This document shows, piece after piece, positions 25,557 to 36,800 of a stretch of 64,000 nucleotides of DNA (positions are counted from its first letter, which is position 1; every line of letters starts with the position of its first letter). The DNA comes from Botryllus schlosseri (lineage: Eukaryota): contig CM119372.1 in NCBI GenBank assembly GCA_051294905.1, forward strand, positions 11,534,001 to 11,598,000, written 5' to 3'. A program made the position numbers and the translations under genes. Under the pieces are notes generated by a model that saw only the letters and a list, made by a program, of their open reading frames with translations, was not told where the DNA came from and did not search any database.

Positions 25557-26521
25557 CAGTGTTGGGATGACTCGAGTCATGACTTGACTCGAGTCAGACT
25601 CGAGTCACCTTTTCCGTATGACTTGACTTGACTCGAGTCACTTTGCTAAAATGACTTGACTTGACTCGGCGTATCAGAAATGTGGATTGACTCGTGACTC
25701 GGAGCAAAATTCACGAGTCAATTTCAAGTCATCAATTATTAATCGGTGTCGATAAAAATCACTTTATCTTGCATATGTTCGGATTGTTCGCGAAACGCTG
25801 ATGCAAGCCGTGAGAGGACTTATAATTCAATGATGGTACGTTTTACTGATCCTCCATTGTTCTCTCACAAATAAATTTACCGCAAACGAACTGATCGAAG
25901 CTTACAGCTTACGCTATCGATAACAAATATAGTAAAGTAATTTACAGCAAAATGTCTATTTCTGTTCTATGTTCTTATCTAACAAAACCTCTTGCTTTAT
26001 AGAAATTGAATTCGAATATAGTTTATATAGTCGATCCTCAACCTTTGGCGCAGGCTCGAATTGTATCATATCAATTTTTAAATGGGGATAATGTATTGCA
26101 TCTTATCAATTCCTTTCTCTATTCTCTATTTTGGCTGGTAACTGTGAACTGAGACTATGCAATTACTTACGTAGTTAGCAGTTCTTCGTATATGTTAGCG
26201 ATGCAGCGCCTTCTTCCGTGTGTATTTATCTCTATATTCGTTCATAGCTTCAAAATCAATGACCACTCAATCTGTATTTCAGACAGCTAGCAAACTGCAA
26301 TGACGTAATCATGCCTCATACTTAGAAAAGGCTACTTGACTTGAATTGTGACTTGACTCGTGACTTGACTTGACTTGACTCGACTTGACTCGAGTCACCT
26401 CCAAAAATCGAGTGACTTGACTTGACTCGAGTCACCTTCGAAAATCGATTGACTTGACTTGACTCGAGTCAAAATGTGCAATGACTCGTGACTCGAAGGT
26501 AGTGACTTGATCCCAACACTG
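25557..26521. mobile_element. hAT MITE family C (CAGTGTTGGGAT TIR, GACTT/GACTC subrepeats)
   Basis: Perfect TSD ATATGACG. Confidence 0.93.
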
Positions 26522-26676
26522 ATATGACGTCGTATACATGAGGCATCGAGGGCGACAACACAGTGAGATCAAAACGAAAAGTCACTAAAGATTGTAGTTA
26601 CGATTTCATCCTTCATTTCAAATTCCTTGCTTTGGGTTAGCTTCACTACGCGTGGAGTATGGTGAAGATATGAGGA

Positions 26677-27090
26677 AAGGGTTGTAACCAAGTCAATCGA
26701 GTCATTTTCAACTCGTCTCCACCGCGTCCACGTCACAGCGTTGAGAGTAATAGTGTCTACCGCTCATTATCGAGTTTAAGTTCAGTTCAACACGCTCTTT
26801 CGGAGCTCTTGGTGACATCGAAGGCCTACACCCTACATTCGTAGTATAGGCCTACTCATTTTCTGACTCTTAACATGTTTGTTTATTTTTACAGATTGAA
26901 GACAGTTTCTGAGACCATTTCTCAAGTACCGTCCCTGATACACGAGGCTTGCCTTAATTAATATAGAATCACCCAAGTCAAGCGCAATGACTCGAGTACA
27001 AGACGAGTCAATACACAAAGTGACTCATGTCGGGTCGAGCAGAGTCAATATTCATTTTTTGACAAAATGACTCGAGTCATTACAACCCCG
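26677..27090. mobile_element. hAT MITE family C2 (AGGGTTGTAA TIR)
   Basis: AGGGTTGTAACCAAGTC...GAGTCATTACAACCCC; sibling at 60757-61319. Confidence 0.7.
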
Positions 27091-27255
27091 GTAATACCAT
27101 CATGGTATAAAGTCGAGACATGTCCCCACTGCCGCAGTTCGTAATGACTTATTGCTGTGCGAGATGTTGTCTGGCATTCATGGAGTCTCGTCATCAAAGT
27201 TAATTTTACAATTGGGCGATATACGGAGTCGCAATATAGCTTTTACAACAGCTTA

Positions 27256-28631
27256 GGGGAGACCGGGGACAATTGTAACACTTTTCGTATTTTCCAACAT
27301 TACGTGTTTTTCTCATGGAAATTTCACTTCCAAAGTTTTTTATAAAGAAGCCAACAACTCGATAGTTGATATGAAAACTAAATTGGAACTCAATCAACAA
27401 TCAATCATAGAAATTATGGGTCGCAAAAATCGCTGCTCAAATGTTACAATCGCCCCGTACCCAGGGGCAATTGTACCACCCTTGCGGGGCAATTGTAACA
27501 GTATTATTTATAACTAAACACAAACTAAATGAACAACGAAAACGGAAGCACTAATTGTAATATTGCATGAAACTAAAGGCAGAGACGTTTGAACGCTTCT
27601 AGGCTACGCCCCATCGCATTTATGGCATCTGAATGCAATAGCACCCTTCGTGTCTTGTTCAAGATTAAAGTGTACAAGAGACACATTCATTCCATCATCT
27701 CCCTACACATATTCGGCCTCTTTTACCAAGGTTCTGCTGTTCAGCGGGCATAATGAGTTGGTCATTCGGTCACCTGCGAAGGTGCGAAACCGACCTGGCT
27801 AACATATCTTGGTTGAATGGGCCGATGATAGTATAGTAAAACGAGGACGCAACATTGTGTGGCGTCAAAGCTATAATGACATTTATCTGTGCTGTAGAAA
27901 ATTAACATAAATTGTTCACATCAAATATCAAAATGTAAGTGGGCCATGATCAAAGTCAGAGGACGAGAATTAAGCCATGACTATTGAAGTTCGACACACC
28001 AAAAGTCGATCAATATGAGAAAGGGTGGTTGAATCACGAAAATAACCGAACCGTCAGATTCACATCACCACTATTGTATGGCCGTTTCGACAGATGATAA
28101 TGTTAGAATTGGTATCGCAAGGCAGTATCTGTTCTGGTGAACTTCTGGCTGTTGCAAGATTATTCTGCAGTAGATGAATGGTAATACCAACATATGAACA
28201 AAGACATTCAGAATTGATAACATTATGTAACGGGGCAAAAGTAACAGAGTGTTACGATTGCCCCTGACACGCTCAACCATGATTAGTGTCTCAGTATGGT
28301 ACCTTCCCGGCGATGCAAGTCCTATTCTTTCTATCACCACGGTGGACTATAGTAACATTGTTCCAGCTACACATATTACGTTGAAACTACTTGAGGTACT
28401 ATTCGTCTAGACAAATTATTCCAGACCAGAAAAACTTTACTCAAGGGTCAAAAATTTCGTTTTTTGCAAATTATTCCGGAGTTTCGCATCGTAGCTCAAC
28501 GTAACTCCAGGTATAATAGGAGAGATAACTACTGCATGCACACTTGAAATATCAAGCTGATTTCTCCATCCTACTAGCGGTGAGGACGATTGTTACATTT
28601 GCCCCTAGTTACATTTGTCCCCGGTCTCCCC
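27256..28631. mobile_element. TA-flanked pogo-like non-autonomous element
   Basis: TA|GGGGAGACCGGGGACAA...TTGTCCCCGGTCTCCCC|TA; internal GGGGCAATTGTAAC repeats; possible decayed Cys-rich coding fragment near 27600-27720 on minus. Confidence 0.85.
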
Positions 28632-28866
28632 TACATTCCAAATATATTTGAATCTCGAAGGTCGACAGTACCGGCGAAAGACCTTACTTATACAATCTGC
28701 AGTCAAGGATCACGTCAATACAACGCTTATAACTACTTTCTGGCTACAATTCACCGCAAAGCAATAAATTGCTCTGCGTTTCTAATGTTGCTTTACTACG
28801 CGGCTTCCGCGATAGCATGGTCGTTGAATTCGCACAATATTGTTGCTCTTCACTACGTTTCAACTA

Positions 28867-29242
28867 TAGGGTTACCATACGTCCTCCTTTTTCCGGTTTT
28901 CGAAAATGTCCTCCGAGGACGCCTAAATGTCCTCATTTTTGAGATTTTGTCCTCTTTTTTGATAATTTTGGTTCAATATAGTGCATAAATTCGACTGAGA
29001 TACAGTAAATCAGCACTGAAGTAACACTCCTGCGCTTATTTAGGGATGGGAGCTGGGCCGGAAAGTTTACCTTGTTTTTAGTCAACCATAACCACAAAGT
29101 GGTGAAAAATCTACCATTTTTTCCGAATTTTACTCCACAATTCTAAGTCTTAAAATTTTGAAAAAGTGTCCCCCTTTTCCCGATTTTCTGAAAATTTTGA
29201 AAAAGTGTCCCCCTTTTCCCGATCCCAAATATGGTAACCCTA
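28867..29242. mobile_element. hAT MITE family A
   Basis: TAGGGTTACCATA TIRs; TSD GTTTCAAC (extra TA on the left); internal 39-bp tandem duplication. Confidence 0.88.
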
Positions 29243-29369
29243 GTTTCAACAGCTTGCAAAAACCATTCAAAACTAAAATGGTTCGGAAGAAGGTGCAAAT
29301 GGAATAAAATATATCACGTTTCGATTTTGGTATGGAAGAGAGGTTTTGTGATCCACCAAATATTCCAAT

Positions 29370-29472
29370 AGGTCCGTCACGGAGGGGACGAGTAACAAGG
29401 CATTTATAGGTCATATCGTCACCTCCAGTCAAGTTTGTTTAACGAATCAATAAAGTCTGTCTGTCTGTCTGT
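29370..29472 (+). mobile_element. Probable LINE 3' end with (TCTG)n tail
   Basis: AATAAA immediately followed by (GTCT)4. Confidence 0.5.
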
Positions 29473-29560
29473 AAGTTCATGTTTTAGCTTAATCCAACGT
29501 ATATAAGATTAGGCCAATCACTCGCCATGAAACTGCGCAGACCCTGTGTCGTATCAATAA

Positions 29561-30744
29561 CAGTGTTAGGATCAAGTCACTGCCTTCGAGTCACGAGTCA
29601 TTACAGATTTTGACTCGAGTCAAGTCAAGTCAATCGATTTTTGAAGGTGACTTGAGTCAAGTCGAGTCACTCAATTTTTGGAGGTGACTCGAGTCAAGTC
29701 GAGTCAAGTCAAGTCACGAGTCAAGTCACAATTCAAGTCAAATTGAATTTTCGACCTATGAGTGATGATTCAAAGTCGCAACATTTTGCCAGCTGTGTGA
29801 AAGACCGATAAATTAGCAATTTATCTTGAAACAAATAACGAATATAAAGTTACATTTACATGCAAAAAGGCGTTGTATCGCACACACCACGTAGAACTTA
29901 TAATAAAATACGTGAGTAACTGTATAGTTACCGGCTGCAGTCTGTTATTATCAGCCTAAATCAATGATATAAATAGCCAAAATATAGGATCGAATACGAA
30001 ACCTCGGGAAGTTTAAACAAATTGATATGGTTACAATACACTACCCATATACACGTCCGTGAGAATATAAACGCATAAACTATGTTCGATTTAAATCATA
30101 CAAGAGGGTTGGTAAAGGTGAGCACAGCACAATGCAAGCGCTGAGCCATTTAAGAAACAGAGATACGTTGCTATTAATCTACTACTACTACAGTAACAAT
30201 TGAATAGCATATTCATATTGAAATGAACCCCAATATTTTCGGCTGACACTCGTCAGGGGTAATCGTCAGCAACTAGTAGAGAACTGGAAAGAACATTGTA
30301 TATCAACAATCGTATCACAAAATGTGACGTCACCAGCATGGAATTTAGAATGAGAGAGCGTTAAATGTACTATTTTAGGTTGGTGCATTTTGATGAAAGT
30401 CGACTCCATGGCTACGGTGACGTAAGCTGTGATCATTACGTTTGCGGCCAATTTATTTGTGATGTAACAAGCGAGGACCATTGAAACGTACAATAAGTGA
30501 ATGACTGGTTGTTCTCACAAGTGCTACCGACGTATCGCGAATAATCTTTGTACACATGAATTCATACAGTGACTTAGTCGACACCATTTACTTATTGATG
30601 ACTTGAAATTGACTCGTAAATTTTGCTCCGAGTCACGAGTCAATCCACATTTTTGAAGCGCCGAGTCAAGTCAAGTCATTTTTGCAAAGTGACTCGAGTC
30701 AAGTCAAGTCATACGAAAAAGTTACTCGAGTCATCCCAACACTG
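29561..30744. mobile_element. hAT MITE family C with an internal Penelope-like insert
   Basis: Perfect TSD ATCAATAA. Confidence 0.92.
30195..30410 (-). mobile_element. Penelope-like 3' fragment with hammerhead motif
   Basis: Reverse strand: MESTFIKMHQPK (resembles the GIY-YIG C-terminus), then ACCC-CTGACGA-G-TGTCAGC-C-GAAA-ATAT-TG-GGGT at about 30227-30260; absent from other family C copies. Confidence 0.6.
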
Positions 30745-30816
30745 ATCAATAATACTATCAGCGACCATTTTATGTATAGCCTACTATAGGCGTAGATTCA
30801 AAGGTGAAAGCCACAC

Positions 30817-33800
30817 CTTATTCTTCTTCATCATTATCTCTTTTCCATAAACATCATTTACAGTTATCGACTGGACGACGGTATACACTGTTTCGTGCGG
30901 TTGTAATTTTGCAACGTAATTCGCGGGCATAAATCCTGTTTTCCCGTTGCATTGACCCTGAATAACATGGAACGAAAATCAATCGAAGATCTTGGGTTCA
31001 AATTAAACCACGCGACTTGTTCGTCTGTAGACTGTTGTGTGCTGTGTAGGCCTAATGCAGTTTTATAGATATTTTAACTAAAAGTCTCCAATTCATATCA
31101 GTCCACCCAACATTGAAATCGCTCACAAAGCCGTGTTCACTGCTCATAGCAAGGAAGCGTAGCGACACGATTAGAGATGACTAATATGGTAACTCTTGAA
31201 ACCACCTCTGAAATCCTGCTCCCCGGTCAGTGGCCAATGGCCATCATATAAATGCTTAGCATCCGGATTATATGGAATAAGTGAGCTATGTAGGTGGCAT
31301 GCTTGACATAAAATTGGTTGTTAGAGACAAGATTTCAAATTATTGGAGAAATAAGAACTTTATTATAGATTCCGATTCCGTTGTTGTTGATGGCATTTGT
31401 ATTGGGCACGAGCAGCCGTCTTCATAATTTGCGGAGTAGCGTACTACGTAATGAAACACTGGCGCGTTGTGCATATAAAGACAATGACTCAAAATTCATG
31501 ACTCTGAAATTCAGATCCATATTATGCCCAATCAAATCCAAGAAAATGTAATCTATTTCTGACTGCGATAAGTTGGGCGCAACAAACGAACTGTTCTATT
31601 CGATTACTTGGCGATCATTCAATATCATCGCCAAATTACATACACATTTGGTAGAAAGATAAGACCAGTCACTATCATCCAATAAATATGGCGACTTAGT
31701 TTAATGTATAAACAACGTACCACCCACCAACTTTCATCTTTATCTTTGGTGACGCGAATTTTATCCCCGGGTCTGCTCGGATTAAAAAAAATCGATTCGT
31801 TTGGAGCTTGTTTACACTGTGGTTAACAGTGGCTCGTGAACTGGTTCGAACACTTACTTCAAGGTTAGGTCATCCTTTTCTGTTCCCTTGAACTTGTAAA
31901 GGGCGACATAAGTATTCGGGTGGTTTGGAGAAGCTTGCTGAAATGAGTAATACGGAAAAAATTCAGAAGAGATCGTCGAACCTCTACAAAGTTATGGTTC
32001 GTGCGATCACGAACTATTATGAAAGGTTCTTTTTGAACACCAACGTGAACACATCACATCACGTCACATCATGTCATAGGCATAATGCTAATTCAAACAC
32101 AACTAAATATTTTACCTTCCTGTCTATGCATGAGACGGTTGCCGAAAAAGTTATAGTCAATTAGTCATAAATCAGAGTAGCCTGGTGCCTGTGGCATATG
32201 GGGCAAAGTGTTATATCGTGATCTTTACACCAACTTATCTGTGAAAGCCTAAAATATGTGGGGTTATCGATCTACAAGGGTCCTTTATTGGTACCCATAA
32301 TATGGGATGGTGTGAACGTGATATTCACGTTCGCGCTCTGTGTCTTAACCTCACAAATTTAGAGGTTCACGTTCTCAAACGAACCTTGGCAGGTTCTTCA
32401 CTGTGAACATTTTTCATATATTACAATTTTCACTTCATTATAACATCTTTGGTTGAAATTTATTGCATTTCAACTGCGGGCCACTCTATGCATGGCGCTG
32501 ACAGCATAAAAAAAATCAACACTAGACGAGCATGCTGCACCTCGAAAATCTCAAAAATTTTACTTGCTTTATTGCAAAAGTTGGCTCGAAATAACCAGCC
32601 TTCTGTTTGTGAATACTTACCGTCTCTCTGCTGTGAGCTTGACCCGCAATGACACAACATCAAGAGCGAAATGCAATACATGTAGTCAACGAATGATGCT
32701 TATTGAACCTATATCGTTGTCGCTTGCTATCGTTGTCTAATGTAAAAAATCCAGCAGGTGTACGGTGACTTCAAATGTTTATTGTATCATAAAAATAAAA
32801 TCCGTGCGGATGTGGTGTCAGCTATGCTGCTGTATCACTTGTTAACGTGGTAATATCGGCAACAAGTATAGAAACCTGTTTTACATTCTGCTCAATATCA
32901 ACGTTGCAATACTCAGACGACGAATACATTATCCGGTATGACCTAGACCAGGGGTTATCAACCTTTGTTTGGTTGCGGCCCATTTTCCGGCTTGAAAATG
33001 TTATGTGGGCCCCTCTTATCCTACAGTGATAGCTCTGTTCAATGCATGGTAAGCGCTGGCGCCGATATGCCGAGTTCTCTAAAATATGCGCATTATTATA
33101 CATATTCAAATGGTGTTGCAGTGTAGACCTTTAAGGACATGAAATCACTACATGCGCGACGAAAATTCTCAAGTCGAACAAACCTCCTCCAACTAACGAA
33201 CAGCGAAATATATTTGGGCCTTCGACCTCCCACTAATTTGGGGTTTGGGGTGTGGAAGTTACGGCCTTAGTAGATCACGTAACGCTTGAGTACATCATGG
33301 CCGTCCAATGGTCTACTCACATCGCAACCCAGCTATATATTCCCCGCATCCACTGTGTGGTTGGGGTTTTAGTTCCACTAAGGTGGGGGATAACATAACC
33401 ATTCTGGACCAGCTTCAGACAATTCTTTGGTGAATGGGATGGGCCTTACACAGAGATGTGAAGAAATAATTTTTTATTATGTCAACTTTACAATGTACAA
33501 TTGTACAGTATATCTTGTGCTCACTGCAGTTGCGCTGTCAGAACATTCAATCCAATGATACAATCAATTCAAGTCACTCTAACATTATGTAAAGGTACAA
33601 TGACTTCAACGCCGACTGCAATGATTAATGTGCTGCGATAAATGTCTCATCGATCAGAGCTGGATGAAATGTAGCCTACGTATAATTCGATAATATGATT
33701 ATATTTTTGAGCGTTTGACATAAAAATATAACTAAAATTTTACTAATTCTACAATTTTCCAAATAGTTCTGTGGTCCATATCAAAATGCCCTGCAATTGG

Positions 33801-36800
33801 CCCACAGTTTGAGAACCGCTGGCCTAGACCGTTCAGGGGTAAGCTTAAATTCCCTTGCAAGTCCTCGTCAAAATTGTTGGCAAAGCGACGGAATATTTTG
33901 ATTTTACGGGATTATTATACCGTTTGATTGCCCCAGTTGATAGATTTGCCGACGTTGAAAACGTCAATTTGTGCTTCAGCATAATAGTGACCCGAGTCGT
34001 CGCTGTATAGGCTATCGTGTACACTGTACAGTAATATAGGCCATCACTTCAATGTAGGGTTGAAATTACCATAATGACGTCTCGTGACGTCATGAGGTTC
34101 ACGTTCACGTTCACACAGAACCTCTGAGAGGTTCACACCATCACTAGTACCCAGTATTAGTGATCTTCGGAGCCCAGTAACAACATTGCACCACTGCATC
34201 CAAATATAAAAAAATCGAGTTACTGTGGGGAGATAAAGGCTCATGATTTTGACCTAGCCCGATTTTGGACCAACACGTTGCTGAGGTAAAAGTCAGTTCA
34301 AGCGTGAAAAGCGCGACATTTAACAAAAACTTTCGGGAATCACTATAATCTTTCACGATCTTGGTTTTCTGTTGCACTTCTTGTCTCAGCATCACCTCGA
34401 TGTAGCGAGTGTTGGGAAGTTTGAATTCAGGAAATTTTAACCAATATTCAGATTTCGGAGAAATTCTGATATTTCTCCAAAAACGTTCACATGGTAGGAC
34501 CTACACAGTACACATTCGGCTATACGGCATTTCATTCTCAATATCAAGTTGTTAGTCGTGTTTCAGCACAAGAGGATTTTTTAACGGTAAGACCCACAGG
34601 AATAGACTACTTCAATCTTCCATTGCGATCCCATCATGTTTCTTGACAAAACGATCGATCAGACCGCTTATGATTTCGTCTTGTTCGTTACATGTCTTTA
34701 TAGATTTATATATACATTCTCACAGTAATGAGAGAATTCGATATGGTAAATCAATAGTATATTGACCTATTTTGAAGTCAGCATGCTCAGCTATGTATCA
34801 TTCAATACATTAGTTGTTGCTGCTAAAACTGCTACGGACTCCAAAATGTCACAAAACGAGAGGAATTCTGACACAAGGATAAAGTTACCTTTCTCGTATT
34901 CGGTGATCCAAAACCTGCGTCTAAAAGTTGTAATAAAATCCACTTAGATAGGTGTGTAATCGTAACCAATGTTTCAAACTGCGTTTATTCGCAATTTCAT
35001 GTTTCATTGCATGTGAATAAAGATACAGCTGAATACTCGATGCAAGAAACGACCACACTTCAAATATGAGGCTATAGAAATCACACAATCATCGGTAGTT
35101 TACGGCATCAAATGACTACATTACATATATTTTATAAATTTTGAACAACACAGCGTAGGCCTTCATAGGTCCGCGTATAATCACTAGTAAGTCATGCTAT
35201 CAGGCCAGGATCTTCTGGAAATGAGAATATGGTAGAGGTAAAATTGAGTTGGCCATATTGTAATGATAACCTTTATAGCCGCCAGGTCTCTTATTTATTC
35301 CAGTAGTCAGATGTACTCGCAATTTTATGCAACATCACATTATCAACAAATCTATGCGAATATTACCGGAAATTCCCTCTTCGTGGCCACATTTCGCAAT
35401 TGGCACATCCGAAGATCCAGTAAGTCCGTGTTCGGCGCCTGATAGCTTGTCCGTCATACTTATGGCTGTGAATAAAAAATATGACGGGCTATTGCAAAGT
35501 ACACTAACCGGTGATTTAATTTTAAAGTAGGTGGCAGATGGCCAATAAACACGTCATGCTTCATTCCTACCTTCTCCCAGTCTCAGCACCTTCAATTCTT
35601 GCAACACTTTATAATCATGGTGAACTTCACCTGTGAAGATGCAGCAAGTGCCCTCGTGATACATTGATTAACAATGGTTGCAATAGCCTACGAGTTACTT
35701 TCCAAATCAACACTTAATTGTCGAAAATTAACATGCTGTGACAATTACATTATGCCTGCGACATGATCAGGGCATGGTAGGGTATGGTATGGAACGACAA
35801 TTTTCCATGCTCCATACTTGCCTTACTCTCTCAATACCATATAATTGCAATTTTCCATACCATACCAACATTGTTCCATACCATACTTGATACATATTCC
35901 ATACTTTCAAATACTTCAATATCATAAGTATAGTACCTTCTCTAGCACCTATATTATTGATATTTCGGATGTCATTTTTGCTTAAACTAGCCATGATGCG
36001 AATCTAATTCCTGGTGATAGTTTTACAGAGTCTGTTTTGGTGAGGTGCCGTGTACGTCTACTCTGCAGATTCCGCGAGCAAAATGAGATAGTCAGCAGAT
36101 TGCTATATTGGACAGTCCATAAAAGGGACGGGTAACATACGGCCCGCGACGAGATTTTGTCCGGCTCGCGGACAGTTTCCCGTCTTGCTTGATAATGTGG
36201 CCCGCGGTCCCAGTCTGCCGAGATTCCCCACTATTTGCCTAAACGTCCAATTTTAGTGACTGTATTATATAGGTGTGCGCACTGTGCAGCGTGCGAGAGT
36301 GGAGCTTACGCGTAAGTTCGTCGAAGCGAGAAGACTTTCATTATCGGCATTTACGATGTACTCAACCCCAATGAATTGAAATCTTGGTAAATTTTGGGTA
36401 CTGGGCTTATCAAACGCTTTAAAATCCTAATTAAGGATTGCACCGTGGTTTAGTTGATCAAAGAGAAGCAGACACGGCGGCGCTTGTATGACAATGCTGT
36501 TCTCAAATCCACATTGTATTGTCATTATCGGCGAGAAATGGCTCTGAAGTGACATATTTCTGTCGATAAGATACATTCATTAAATGACGCGAAACAATAA
36601 CTTCATATTGTTAATTTATTCGCTAAAAGCTTTTCGACAGACCCTCATCAGTAGCGAAACGTCAGTGATAGGGTGAATCAAATTCGAAAATGTAAGAACT
36701 ATTTTGTCTGTATGACGTAATAATAACAAAAACAAACAACTAGTAGACGGACTAGTTGTTTGTTTTTTGTTATTATTACGTCATACAGACAAAATAGTTC

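Noticed and set aside
25557..26521. GACTT/GACTC arrays as satellite or CRISPR-like repeats
   Set aside because: They are subterminal repeats of a TSD-flanked hAT MITE present four times in the window.
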